Below the pieces are notes generated by a model. That model made no database searches. It was not told where the DNA came from and saw only the letters and a program-made list of their open reading frames with translations. A stretch of DNA of 64,000 bases, taken from NCBI GenBank assembly GCA_041649955.1, contig JBAZMD010000002.1, positions 7,709 through 71,708 of the forward strand, read 5' to 3'. Position numbers and translations under genes: made by a program. The DNA is from Patescibacteria group bacterium (GTDB lineage: Bacteria; Patescibacteriota; Patescibacteriia; UBA2591; JAQUPP01). Below, one piece after another: positions 26,579 to 35,906 of the stretch; the stretch's first letter is position 1, and the number at the start of each line of letters is the position of its first letter.

Positions 26579-27656
26579 GGGAATTGATAAATTCTAAAAA
26601 TTCTTTTTTAAATCTTTCTTTGTTAAATTTCAAAGCGTGAGAACGGATTTTTTCCGGATTATAATTTTCCGGCTTGAATTTAATAATGGTTTCGGCTAAA
26701 TTTTCCCAATTCTGCTCGTCAAAAAATTCTCCGGTTTCTCCTTCAATAACTGTTTCAAGGGCGCCGCCCGCTTTATAAGCGATCACCGGCCGGCCGCTGG
26801 CCATTGCTTCAACAACCGTAATGCCGAAATCTTCTTCTTGCGGATGAATAAACGCTTTGCAATGCGATAAATAATGAGCTTTTTCTTTTTCCGAGACAAA
26901 ACCCAAGAATTCTATATTCGGACCGGCGATTTTTCTCATTGCTTTGTCTTCGCCAATGCCGATAAGTTTTAAAGGTATTTTTAATTTATTGAAAGTTTGA
27001 ATAACCAAATCCACTTTTTTATAAGGTCTGAATCGCGAAACCATTAAAAAGTAATCGCCTATTTCATTTGAGATATGAAATTTATCCGTATCAACCGGCG
27101 GATAAATTATAGTTTCCGGCTGGCGGCGATAATATTTTTTAATTCTCTGAGCGACGAATTTGGAAATAGCGATCATAAAATCCGGTCTTTGCGCGGCGAT
27201 AAAATCCCATTTTCTCAAATCAGTCAACATTGGAGGTAGAAACTTTTTTACCAATCTTTCCGCTCCGGTTAAACCATCAAGATATTCATAAGTATCAGAC
27301 CATAAATAACGAGTTGGAGTCAAGCAGTAACAGATAAAACGAGTATGTGGTTTGGTAATCACTCCCTTGGAATAAGCCGAAGTGTTGGAAATAACCAAAT
27401 CAAAATTATTTAAATTGAATCTTTCAATCGCTGCCTGCATTAATGGAAGATACCATCTGTATTTTTTAACGCCAAAGGGCAAATTTTGAATGGGTGAAAC
27501 TTTAATATCGTAATCTTTAAAATGCTTGCCCATTGTATCTTTGTCATAGAGCAAAGTAAAAACCGGCGCTTCAGGCCAAATTTCATGGAATACTTCCAAA
27601 ACTTTTTCCGCGCCTCCGTATTGAGTTAAAAAATCATGAATCAAAGCTACGCGCAT
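26571..27656 (-). CDS. glycosyltransferase family 4 (GT-B fold)
   Basis: 361 aa; MRVALIHDFL...GGAEKV N-terminus and EX7E-like C-terminal region (GFVSEKEKAHYLSHCKAFIHPQEEDFGITVVEAMASGRPVI). Confidence 0.8.
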   Translation of the reverse strand: MRVALIHDFLTQYGGAEKVLEVFHEIWPEAPVFTLLYDKDTMGKHFKDYDIKVSPIQNLPFGVKKYRWYLPLMQAAIERFNLNNFDLVISNTSAYSKGVITKPHTRFICYCLTPTRYLWSDTYEYLDGLTGAERLVKKFLPPMLTDLRKWDFIAAQRPDFMIAISKFVAQRIKKYYRRQPETIIYPPVDTDKFHISNEIGDYFLMVSRFRPYKKVDLVIQTFNKLKIPLKLIGIGEDKAMRKIAGPNIEFLGFVSEKEKAHYLSHCKAFIHPQEEDFGITVVEAMASGRPVIAYKAGGALETVIEGETGEFFDEQNWENLAETIIKFKPENYNPEKIRSHALKFNKERFKKEFLEFINSHV

Positions 27657-27679
27657 ACCAAAATTATTTAATTATTTAA

Positions 27680-27695
27680 TCCGCCGGCTGGCGGA
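27680..27695. repeat. intergenic copy of 16-mer palindrome TCCGCCGGCTGGCGGA (identical to murG 10415-10430)
   Basis: exact 16/16 identity read directly; followed by A4T5 run. Confidence 0.6.
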
Positions 27696-27857
27696 GCAAA
27701 ATTTTTAACTATAATTTTGAGTACCCTGCCTCCAAATCTCTAAATAAAATTAATCTAAAAGTTAAAATAAGCCGAAGGCGATTCCGCGAATTAAATTTAC
27801 AATTATCTCAAACCTATATTCGGATGTGGGGTGCGGGTTACCAAAATTCTTTAAAAA

Positions 27858-28745
27858 TTATTTTGCGGATTTCCTAAATAAAAGTAAAAACGGGCTGGCA
27901 ATGGCAATAGAACTGTAAGCACCCGTGCCGACACCAACCATCATAGCGAGAGCAAAATCTTGAAGAGAAATTCCACCGAATAAATAAATCGCCACTAAAG
28001 CCAAAATTACGGTAATAGTTGTGTTTAAAGATCGAACAATTGTTTCATTGATACTTTTATTAATTGTCTCTTCCATATTGCGAGTGCCGTAAAGCAAAAC
28101 ATTTTCTCTGATTCTGTCAAAAACCACGATCGTATCGTTAATAGAATAACCTAAAACGGTTAAAATAGCGGTAATAAATAAAGCATTGATTTCCGTGCCC
28201 CTGAAATGACCCATCACGGCGAACAATCCGCACATTACTAAAATATCATGAAACAAAGCAACTATGGCTCCGCTGCTGTATCGCCAATATTCATTTTGAC
28301 GAGAAAAATTGGCCAATTTTCTAAAAGCCCAAGCAATATAAAAAAACATGGCAATTAAAGCTAGAATAACCGCATATTGTGATTTTTTTACCAATTCTCC
28401 GCCAATAATCGGACCAATGGATTCAAATTTTGATTCTTTGGCATTATTACCCAATGCTTTTAAAGCAGCCTGATGCGTGTCTTCATTGATTTCTTTAAAT
28501 CTCAAAATAAAACTATTATCTCCTATAGTTTGGATATTAATTTCTCCCAAGTTAAGTGGAGATAGTTGCTGAACAATTTCAGAATTTGCCGGCCTATTTG
28601 CTGAATATTCAACTTCCATTAATGAGCCGCCCGTAAAATCAATACCCGGCTTAAGACCCCAAAGAATCAAAGCTAGAAGAGAACATCCGCAAAGAATAAT
28701 GGAAATAATAAAGAAAATTTTTCGATGACCAACGATATTATACAT
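27858..28745 (-). CDS. secF: protein translocase subunit SecF
   Basis: 295 aa; 6 TM; directly downstream of secD. Confidence 0.85.
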   Translation of the reverse strand: MYNIVGHRKIFFIISIILCGCSLLALILWGLKPGIDFTGGSLMEVEYSANRPANSEIVQQLSPLNLGEINIQTIGDNSFILRFKEINEDTHQAALKALGNNAKESKFESIGPIIGGELVKKSQYAVILALIAMFFYIAWAFRKLANFSRQNEYWRYSSGAIVALFHDILVMCGLFAVMGHFRGTEINALFITAILTVLGYSINDTIVVFDRIRENVLLYGTRNMEETINKSINETIVRSLNTTITVILALVAIYLFGGISLQDFALAMMVGVGTGAYSSIAIASPFLLLFRKSAK

Positions 28746-28751
28746 ATGTGT

Positions 28752-30359
28752 TTATTTATTTACTAATTTTAAAAATGTTCTGGTAACAGTAATGGCCGTG
28801 AACATACTGATTAAAATACCTATGCCCAAGGTTAAACCGAAACCTCTTACCGTACCCGAACCGAATTGATAAAGAAAAAAACAAGTGATTAAAGTTGTAA
28901 GATTGCCGTCGCGAATAGCTGACCAAGCGTGAAGAAAGCCGTCGGAAATAGCCGCACCGGAAGATTTTCCCAATCTCTCTTCATCTTTAATGCGTTCAAA
29001 AATTAAAACATTTGCGTCAACCGCCATACCAAGAGACAAAATAAAACCTGCCACGCCGGCTAAAGTTAAAGTAATCGGAATTAATTTAAATAAAGCCAAG
29101 TTAACTAAAGCGTAAATAATTAAAGCAACGCAGGCTAAAGCTCCTCTTGAGCGGTAAAAAATCACCATAAATAACATAATTATCAACATACCCAATAGTC
29201 CGGCAAGTAAACTGTTTTGCACTGAAAGTTTACCTAAACTCGGCCCGATATTTTGCTGACTGATTAATGTTATCGGTACGGGCAGAGCACCGGCAGAGAG
29301 TCTTGTTGCTAATTCTTTGGCTTCTTTTAAATCAAATTTTCCGGTAATCACGGCTTTACCGCTGGTAATCGGTTCGTTAACTGTTGGAACACTCAAAGGA
29401 ACACCGTCTAAAAATATCGCCACAGGTTTGGAAACATTTCTAGTAGTAATTTCTCCAAAAAGTTTCGTTCCCTCTTCGTTAAATTCCAGAGAAACTTCCG
29501 GTTCATTGGAATTAGGATCAAAAGTCATTGTCGCGCTTTTTAATTGCTTGCCCGTTAAACCGGTATATTGCCAATTAGTATTTTGCGGCGTTGTTTGAGC
29601 TTGAGTTAAAATTAAAATATGGCTGGCCATTGCTTCTATCTCACCCTTGTCATTAGTTCGCTCGTCAACTTTTTTAATAATATGATAACCGAAAGATGTT
29701 TGGACTAATGTTTTTGTCGTTTCTCCTTTTTTTAGATCAAAAACAGCTGTTTCAAATTCAGGAACCATCATCCCCTTGGTAAACCAACCTAAATCTCCGC
29801 CCTTATCTTTTGAGCCCGGGTCTTCGGAATATTGTTTGGCCAAAGCACTAAAATCAGCATTGGGTTGAAGCGCTTGTTGTAAAATTGATTCCGCTTTTTG
29901 TTTAGCCATTTGATTGTATTGAGCAATTGCCGCTTGATCGCTCGCTCCTTGTTGCGGAGCTTGTTCTTTAAATTCCAAGGTCGGAGTTTCTCCAATCATT
30001 TTAATAGCATCACCGACATTTTTAATACCCGGTAATTCCACAATCACGCGCCAATCTTCTCCCACTTTAGCGGTTTGAATTAAAGGTTCGGCAACGCCAA
30101 AAACGTTTACCCTTCGCTCAATCACGTCGCGCGCTCCTTCAACAGCTGAAACTTTTTGGTCATCGGGAATTTGCGCAGTATTGGCTTGATAAATCAATTG
30201 AGTGCCGCCCTGCAAATCAAGTCCCAAATGGACTTTTTGCTTGGTAAACCATTGATGTCCCGGAACCCAAGATGGAAGACGCGGAATATCAACTAAAAGA
30301 GACAAAACAGTCAAAACGATAATGCTTAAAAAAATTGTCCAAAGTTTATTGCGAGTCAT
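28752..30359 (-). CDS. secD: protein translocase subunit SecD carrying an embedded parvulin-type PPIase domain
   Basis: 535 aa; SecD TM/P1 regions plus inserted segment (~aa 150-240, nt ~29655-29915) with parvulin motifs SEDPGSKDKGGDLGWF, MVPEFETAVFDLKKGE, SFGYHIIKK, ASHILIL. Confidence 0.85.
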   Translation of the reverse strand: MTRNKLWTIFLSIIVLTVLSLLVDIPRLPSWVPGHQWFTKQKVHLGLDLQGGTQLIYQANTAQIPDDQKVSAVEGARDVIERRVNVFGVAEPLIQTAKVGEDWRVIVELPGIKNVGDAIKMIGETPTLEFKEQAPQQGASDQAAIAQYNQMAKQKAESILQQALQPNADFSALAKQYSEDPGSKDKGGDLGWFTKGMMVPEFETAVFDLKKGETTKTLVQTSFGYHIIKKVDERTNDKGEIEAMASHILILTQAQTTPQNTNWQYTGLTGKQLKSATMTFDPNSNEPEVSLEFNEEGTKLFGEITTRNVSKPVAIFLDGVPLSVPTVNEPITSGKAVITGKFDLKEAKELATRLSAGALPVPITLISQQNIGPSLGKLSVQNSLLAGLLGMLIIMLFMVIFYRSRGALACVALIIYALVNLALFKLIPITLTLAGVAGFILSLGMAVDANVLIFERIKDEERLGKSSGAAISDGFLHAWSAIRDGNLTTLITCFFLYQFGSGTVRGFGLTLGIGILISMFTAITVTRTFLKLVNK

Positions 30360-30459
30360 AATATCTTTTTTCTAACAATTTAATTTAAATAAATATAGGA
30401 TTATTTTAACATTAACAAAAAAAAAGTCAACTATTTATACCCAGTATCAATTTACCGCC

Positions 30460-30939
30460 TTATTTCAATTCTTCAGCCAAAGCGATAATTTTTTCTAAAA
30501 CCTTATCAAAACCGGGTAATAATTTTAATTTTTTCGCCTCTTGTAAATTAACCCATTGATAATTTCTCGCCTCCCAATCAAGTTTTATTTTATTTGTCTT
30601 CACTTTTACCAATACCGGATGAACAATCCATGTTTTTTTATATTTTGGTTCGTCTTGATCAAAAATTTCTCCAAGCCGAATTTGCAAAACATCTTTTTTG
30701 TTAATACCCAATTCTTCCCTTAATTCCTCTTCAACTTTTTCTGCCAAAATTTTATCATCATCTAAAAATCCTGAAATTCCATTCCAATATCCGGGATAAA
30801 AATTTAATTTCTCGCTTCGCTGAACCAAAAGAAATTTGTTTTTATATTTAATCACGCAATTTATCACTGGCGCCCAGCGCGCTTTTGTATAATCAACTTG
30901 ACCTGGTTTTGGCTTAAATTTCATTTTTTTATTTTTCAT
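30460..30939 (-). CDS. NUDIX hydrolase
   Basis: 159 aa; Nudix box GFLDDDKILAEKVEEELREELGI. Confidence 0.65.
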   Translation of the reverse strand: MKNKKMKFKPKPGQVDYTKARWAPVINCVIKYKNKFLLVQRSEKLNFYPGYWNGISGFLDDDKILAEKVEEELREELGINKKDVLQIRLGEIFDQDEPKYKKTWIVHPVLVKVKTNKIKLDWEARNYQWVNLQEAKKLKLLPGFDKVLEKIIALAEELK

Positions 30940-32378
30940 AGCATTTTTTTATAAACAATTACCCCTCTCTGATTATAAATTTTTTGCCACTCCTTGTTTT
31001 TTTCAATCTCTTGCCATTTCGAATATTCCTTCTGAAAAACTTCTCTGTCATTATTTAATTGAATATTTTGGAGCGATAAAATAATGTATTGGCTGTCATT
31101 AATCTCCGGAAAAAGATAAATTTTATCGCGATTAGCTGCGTGAGGAACAATAGTATTATAGGCGCTAAGCGAAGCGTCAGCAGGAATTTTTTTAATTGCT
31201 TCGGCTATTTCATTTCTCTGGGCGAAATCTCCTGAATAGTAAATGGGTATAAAAATTCTCGATAATTTTGAACCGTCAAAAAAATGGATTTGAGACAATA
31301 AAAAAAGATTAGAAATTATCAAAACGCTTATTAAAGAGTATTTAAGAAAAGAATACCCTATAGCGCCTTTTAATCTGTAAATCATTATTATAGAACCGAT
31401 AGATATAATGGGGGCTATCTCTATCCAATAATGAAAACCATAATCAGCTCTCCACCGCTCCGGTGAGTCGGTAAAAAAATTCCGGCAAAGCATTGGTATC
31501 GCTAATAATAAATATTGAGGCCGCCAGATCGCCAAAAATCCTCCGGAAACTAATAAAAATTTAAGGGCTTCTCTTTTAACTTCAGGGTTTAAAAAATAAG
31601 AAAAAATAAAAAACGGATTAGAAATCTTCATTTTATCCCCCCCAAAAAAAGCATGCCCTAAGGTTCCATACAAAGACAAATAAGAATACGAACCTTGATT
31701 AAATAAAGAAATAAATTTGATGGCGGAAAAAAAATAAATAATACTTAAAATAAAAGTAATAAGTCCTTGCTTTTTTAAAGATTTTTTTTCAAAAATTATT
31801 ACAGTAAGTCCCAAAATAGCGCCGATCAATGCCATGTCTTCTCTTGAAATTAACATTAACAATAAGAAAACATAATATAATTTTATTTTTTCTTTTTTTA
31901 AAAAATAAAAAAGCCAAGGCAAAAACATTATTCCTATTACATTACAATGAATACAAAAACCTAAAGCGATAAAAACGCCGAAAAAAAGATAGAATAATAC
32001 CAGTCCGCTTAAAGCTAAAATCTCATCTTTAGTTTTTTCTCTTAAAAATAAAAATGCGCCCAAACCGCCGGAAATAATAGCTAAAATTTGAAAAATTAAT
32101 AAAGTGTAGGTATGAAATAACCAATAAAAAGGCGCCAATAAAAATAAAATTAATTCAAAATGATCTCCTAGTAAATTAGAAATACCTTTTATAGTATTCG
32201 GTTTTATTTGAAAATTGGCATAATGATAAAGAGTTTGGTTATAAATTCCCATATCCCAAGCAGTGGTTCTAAAATTGTAATGCGGCACCAAGGAAACTAA
32301 ACTGTATAAAATAAAAAATATTCCGACAATAATCAGAATTAAATAATTTTTTCTAAAAAATTGATTTAAATTAGCCAT
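30936..32378 (-). CDS. polytopic integral membrane protein (putative glycosyltransferase-like, DUF2079-like)
   Basis: 480 aa, >10 predicted TM helices; no catalytic motif confidently recognised. Confidence 0.45.
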   Translation of the reverse strand: MANLNQFFRKNYLILIIVGIFFILYSLVSLVPHYNFRTTAWDMGIYNQTLYHYANFQIKPNTIKGISNLLGDHFELILFLLAPFYWLFHTYTLLIFQILAIISGGLGAFLFLREKTKDEILALSGLVLFYLFFGVFIALGFCIHCNVIGIMFLPWLFYFLKKEKIKLYYVFLLLMLISREDMALIGAILGLTVIIFEKKSLKKQGLITFILSIIYFFSAIKFISLFNQGSYSYLSLYGTLGHAFFGGDKMKISNPFFIFSYFLNPEVKREALKFLLVSGGFLAIWRPQYLLLAIPMLCRNFFTDSPERWRADYGFHYWIEIAPIISIGSIIMIYRLKGAIGYSFLKYSLISVLIISNLFLLSQIHFFDGSKLSRIFIPIYYSGDFAQRNEIAEAIKKIPADASLSAYNTIVPHAANRDKIYLFPEINDSQYIILSLQNIQLNNDREVFQKEYSKWQEIEKNKEWQKIYNQRGVIVYKKML

Positions 32379-32811
32379 AACTTTTTTTAATTTGTTTGAT
32401 ATTATTCACTGTTATCCAAGCCGACATTAACCCAAATCCCGTTTTATCAATTTCAAATGGCTTAATTTTTTGCGGATTTTTTAAAAACACGAGAATGCAA
32501 TAATTTTTATTTTTGAATCTTTTAAAAAATTCTGGAATTTTTTCTTTTTCTATTCCGTCATCTTTGCCGTATTTATTCAAAATTTCTTTGACTTTTTTCG
32601 GCGTAAGGCCAAAAAAATGAATTACTTTTTTTACTTCAGCTTTTATTTTTATTGATTCGCCAGAATCTTTAAAATAAACCGTCTCGCCTTTTTTAATTCT
32701 GTCCCATGGTCTGTATTTTGCGACATACCACCTTGATTCAATCTTTTTTTGGCCATTCAGAATTTTTTCAGTCAAACCCCACGATTTTTTCATTATCGCT
32801 ACGTGTTCCAT
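32371..32811 (-). CDS. ASCH (PUA-like) domain protein
   Basis: 146 aa; MKKSWGLTEKILNGQKKIESRW matches ASCH N-terminal beta-barrel consensus. Confidence 0.5.
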   Translation of the reverse strand: MEHVAIMKKSWGLTEKILNGQKKIESRWYVAKYRPWDRIKKGETVYFKDSGESIKIKAEVKKVIHFFGLTPKKVKEILNKYGKDDGIEKEKIPEFFKRFKNKNYCILVFLKNPQKIKPFEIDKTGFGLMSAWITVNNIKQIKKSYG

Positions 32812-32893
32812 ATTATATTCTTTATGTTTTCTATATTATAACATTCTCACATTCTCAAGAATGTCAGAATGTTTTTAATGACACTTTTTAAAT

Positions 32894-33349
32894 TTATTTC
32901 TTAGCCTCTAAAAATTTTTTAATCATTTCAACTTTTTCTTTGCGGCCGATTTTTTCATACACATTCAATTCATCATTTAGAGGCATACAGGGTAATTTAA
33001 TTTTATCAAATTCTATATAAATTTTATCTTTCAAACTATCCGGTTTTCTGGAAATATTATTTACATTGCCCAAAACCTCAATTTCCATGCCATCAATTTC
33101 ATAAAAACTTCTGAACGAATTCCGCCCCTCGCTTTTATCAAAATAAATCTCTTTCGTCCGATACTCTTTTAAAATTTCATCAATTTCTTTTATTATTTCC
33201 GGAGTAGTCAAAATATCAATATCTCTTGGTTCAATTTTTAAACCTTGAATATATAAATTAACTGAACCAATAAAAGCGTAATCAACGCTTTTTAATTTTT
33301 CTGAAATTATTTTTAAAACTTTATTGATTTTCTCCATTTCATTTTCCAT
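32894..33349 (-). CDS. nucleotidyltransferase-domain protein (Pol-beta superfamily minimal NTase)
   Basis: 151 aa; GSVNLYIQGLKIEPRDIDIL = GS-x9-13-DxD nucleotidyltransferase motif. Confidence 0.5.
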   Translation of the reverse strand: MENEMEKINKVLKIISEKLKSVDYAFIGSVNLYIQGLKIEPRDIDILTTPEIIKEIDEILKEYRTKEIYFDKSEGRNSFRSFYEIDGMEIEVLGNVNNISRKPDSLKDKIYIEFDKIKLPCMPLNDELNVYEKIGRKEKVEMIKKFLEAKK

Positions 33350-33363
33350 AGCATTTCTTTATC

Positions 33364-33627
33364 TTATTTCCGTGTCCGCAAAAATTTCAACCATAATTTC
33401 TTAAAAAATGGCATTGTCAAAGTTGAGATCATAAATGCTACGGCTGGCACAATTGCATTAAGCCATGGTCGCGATATTTTTATTACCCAAAGATAAATTC
33501 CAATAGATAAATAAGTAAATATCGTCAGTAAAATTCGCCTGGTCCAGCTTGTCTCCCACGCCTTGTCAGTCTCAACTTTTTTATTTCTTTCTTCAATTTT
33601 TTGAATTTTTTGTTCTAAATTTTCCAT
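33364..33627 (-). CDS. small 2-TM membrane protein (start at MENLEQK)
   Basis: internal Met chosen so gene abuts upstream stop at 33629; two hydrophobic helices. Confidence 0.35.
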   Translation of the reverse strand: MENLEQKIQKIEERNKKVETDKAWETSWTRRILLTIFTYLSIGIYLWVIKISRPWLNAIVPAVAFMISTLTMPFFKKLWLKFLRTRK

Positions 33628-33628
33628 A

Positions 33629-34129
33629 TTATTTCCCGTAACACTTTTTATACTTTTTACCGCTGCCGCGCGAACATGGATCTTTCGTCGTTTCAAAAAA
33701 TTTATTAAGAAGCCAAGAACTTGATTGAATTTTTCCACCCTTACCGACTCCAAATACTACTTTGCACCCAATTTTTTTACATTTGGCGACTTCGGGGATA
33801 TTATCTTTTGTCCTATCTCCACCGTTAGCAAAAATATCGGGTTTTATTTTCTCCAGCTCTTTGCAGACGCTTCTGTCAGTAAAATTCTTAGAATGAGAGG
33901 TCAAAATTACTTCATCAACATCCTTAATCGCTTCTAATATTTTTTTTCTGTCTTTTTGCGGCATAAACGCGTAGCCCTTCTTTTTCTTAAGCCAGTTGTC
34001 ATTATTCAAAATAACCACCAGTTTGTCTCCAAGTTTTCGCGCTTCTTGAATCAACCGGATATGACCGATATGTATCGGATCAAATCCTCCGCTCACTGCG
34101 ATGACTATTTTTTTGGTTTTATTTTTCAT
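33629..34129 (-). CDS. cytidylyltransferase-family nucleotidyltransferase (HIGH motif; RfaE-II/TagD-like) with degenerate C-terminal SEC-C motif
   Basis: 166 aa; AVSGGFDPIHIGH; C-terminal DPCSRGSGKKYKKCYGK closely matches SecA tail DPCPCGSGKKYKKCCGK at both protein and DNA level. Confidence 0.7.
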   Translation of the reverse strand: MKNKTKKIVIAVSGGFDPIHIGHIRLIQEARKLGDKLVVILNNDNWLKKKKGYAFMPQKDRKKILEAIKDVDEVILTSHSKNFTDRSVCKELEKIKPDIFANGGDRTKDNIPEVAKCKKIGCKVVFGVGKGGKIQSSSWLLNKFFETTKDPCSRGSGKKYKKCYGK

Positions 34130-34137
34130 GGAATTTT

Positions 34138-34572
34138 TTAAATTTCTTTACTAATCCACAATGATTGATCATTCAATAATTCTTTAAAATAAATATCCAC
34201 ATCGTCCAATCTTGTCAATTCTTCCCAGCTATACCACTTGTATAAATCATTTTCATTTGTATCTAATTTAATCTCCCCTAGGGTTTTTCCCAAATAGGTC
34301 AAACGAACCACATGGCGACCAGTTTCTCTTAAAATATCTTGAGCGGCAATAAGTTTTGGGTTTCCGACAATTTCCAATCCGGTCTCTTCAAACACTTCTC
34401 GCTTTAGATTTTCAATCAGGGTCTTGCCAGTATCAATTCTTCCCCCAACAATATCCCAGCGTCCTTTTATGTCTGGATATTTTTCAAGAGATCTGCGCAA
34501 CAATAAATATTGTCCGTCTTTATTTTTGAGAAGTATCTTTACCCCAACTTGTAATATGAGATTATTTTCCAT
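34138..34572 (-). CDS. NUDIX hydrolase
   Basis: 144 aa; Nudix box GGRIDTGKTLIENLKREVFEETGLEI. Confidence 0.7.
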   Translation of the reverse strand: MENNLILQVGVKILLKNKDGQYLLLRRSLEKYPDIKGRWDIVGGRIDTGKTLIENLKREVFEETGLEIVGNPKLIAAQDILRETGRHVVRLTYLGKTLGEIKLDTNENDLYKWYSWEELTRLDDVDIYFKELLNDQSLWISKEI

Positions 34573-34587
34573 GGCATTTTTTGTTCT

Positions 34588-35055
34588 TTAATTATTATCT
34601 TTAGGAATATCATAATAATTCGCTCCTGTTTGATAACTGTCCATTGCCATTCTGCACATCTCAAACATTGGCCGAGGAAGCTTGCCAAGTTCGTACCAAT
34701 TCCATGATTCTAATTTTTTTGGCTCTAAAACTTTTGGTTCGCCGTCTTGCCAGTCTGCCGACAATCCAATATGCACATAATGTTTTGGAGTATATTTGGT
34801 CACATTTGCCAAAAATTGAAATCTGATATTTTTAATATCAATACCGCATTCCTCTTCTACTTCTCTCTTTGCGCAATCCTCAAAAGATTCCATATATTCA
34901 AGATGTCCGCCGGGAAAAGCATATTCGTTTTCGCCGTGCGATCCTTTTCTTTTTCCAAGCAAAACTTTTTCATCTTTAAGAATCATCACGCCGACACCGA
35001 CTTTTGGCCTATTTTGTTGCTCCATAAATTTATTTTTCAGTATTTTTATTCTCAA
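34588..35055 (-). CDS. NUDIX hydrolase (MutT-like)
   Basis: 155 aa; Nudix box GGHLEYMESFEDCAKREVEEECGIDI. Confidence 0.7.
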   Translation of the reverse strand: MRIKILKNKFMEQQNRPKVGVGVMILKDEKVLLGKRKGSHGENEYAFPGGHLEYMESFEDCAKREVEEECGIDIKNIRFQFLANVTKYTPKHYVHIGLSADWQDGEPKVLEPKKLESWNWYELGKLPRPMFEMCRMAMDSYQTGANYYDIPKDNN

Positions 35056-35216
35056 AAAATCTCAAAAAGTTGAGAAAATGGAGAAAATTAAGATAATTCC
35101 ATGCATTATATTTTCCTAAAAATCCCAAGAAACCGAGAAAACCTAAAAAGCCCAAACAATCTAACCCTCTAATTTTTTTCATAAATTTTTTAATTATTAA
35201 TAATATTTTACACAAA

Positions 35217-35570
35217 TTAAATTTCTTCTAATGGATATATGTCCAATGCAACTTCTTCATAAGGATGAACTTTTTTAATTGCCCTTATCACGTCTGCCGC
35301 TTTATCTCGTTCGCATAAAACTTCTATTCTTTCTTCTGCAACCGATTCAAATTTACCCACTTCTCCAATACTGGGATGCGCGCCTTCTTCAGGTTTAAAT
35401 CGCCCAATACCTTTTGATGAAAAACTGCAATAAGTGTAATTGCCGATTTTTCCCGCACCCGCTCTACCCATAGCTTCACGAACTATGTCTGTATGGGATT
35501 CTGGCACAAATACTACAATTTTTACGTTATTGGATTGACTCATATTTTTAGTTTCTATTTTCCATGACAT
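35217..35570 (-). CDS. hypothetical protein (117 aa)
   Basis: ORF with conserved-looking core NVKIVVFVPESHTDIVREAMGRAGAGKIGNY; family not identified. Confidence 0.5.
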   Translation of the reverse strand: MSWKIETKNMSQSNNVKIVVFVPESHTDIVREAMGRAGAGKIGNYTYCSFSSKGIGRFKPEEGAHPSIGEVGKFESVAEERIEVLCERDKAADVIRAIKKVHPYEEVALDIYPLEEI

Positions 35571-35588
35571 TTTTTAGTCTGTAAAGCT

Positions 35589-35891
35589 TTATGATTCTTC
35601 CAAAATAATTTTTTTCTTAAATACTCCTCTTTTCTTTGCTTTTTTCTTTCTTACTGCTTCAAGTTTTTTTCTATTAAACTTCTTAAAACTGCAAATCGCA
35701 TTAATCACCTCTTGAATATCCGCCATTTCTTCAATGGTTTCGCTTTCAGAAAATTCTTTTATTTCCTCCTGTAATTTTTCTTTTAATTTCTCCCAATATT
35801 CTTTTTCTTTGGCAATATGAATAATCGGCACCCTGCCTTCGCTTTTTATGTGTTCCGGAATTTTATCTCTGACTAATTTATTATATTTCAT
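35589..35891 (-). CDS. MazG-like all-alpha nucleoside triphosphate pyrophosphohydrolase (YpjD-type)
   Basis: 100 aa; N-terminal KLVRDKIPE motif characteristic of small MazG/HisE-like NTP-PPases; by recollection. Confidence 0.5.
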   Translation of the reverse strand: MKYNKLVRDKIPEHIKSEGRVPIIHIAKEKEYWEKLKEKLQEEIKEFSESETIEEMADIQEVINAICSFKKFNRKKLEAVRKKKAKKRGVFKKKIILEES

Positions 35892-35906
35892 ATTTTTTGA
35901 ATTATA

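Noticed and set aside
27711..27845. Second long-stem element resembling 39251-39332
   Set aside because: It shares only a 13-nt leader (TTTGAGTACCC..CCTCC). I could not identify a convincing complementary arm by eye. A 13-mer match is within chance expectation for 64 kb of AT-rich sequence.
35030..35215. 61-aa ORF with the FLGFLGFLGFLG repeat
   Set aside because: It is a translation of a 9-bp tandem DNA repeat in an intergenic spacer. It has no RBS and a low-complexity product.
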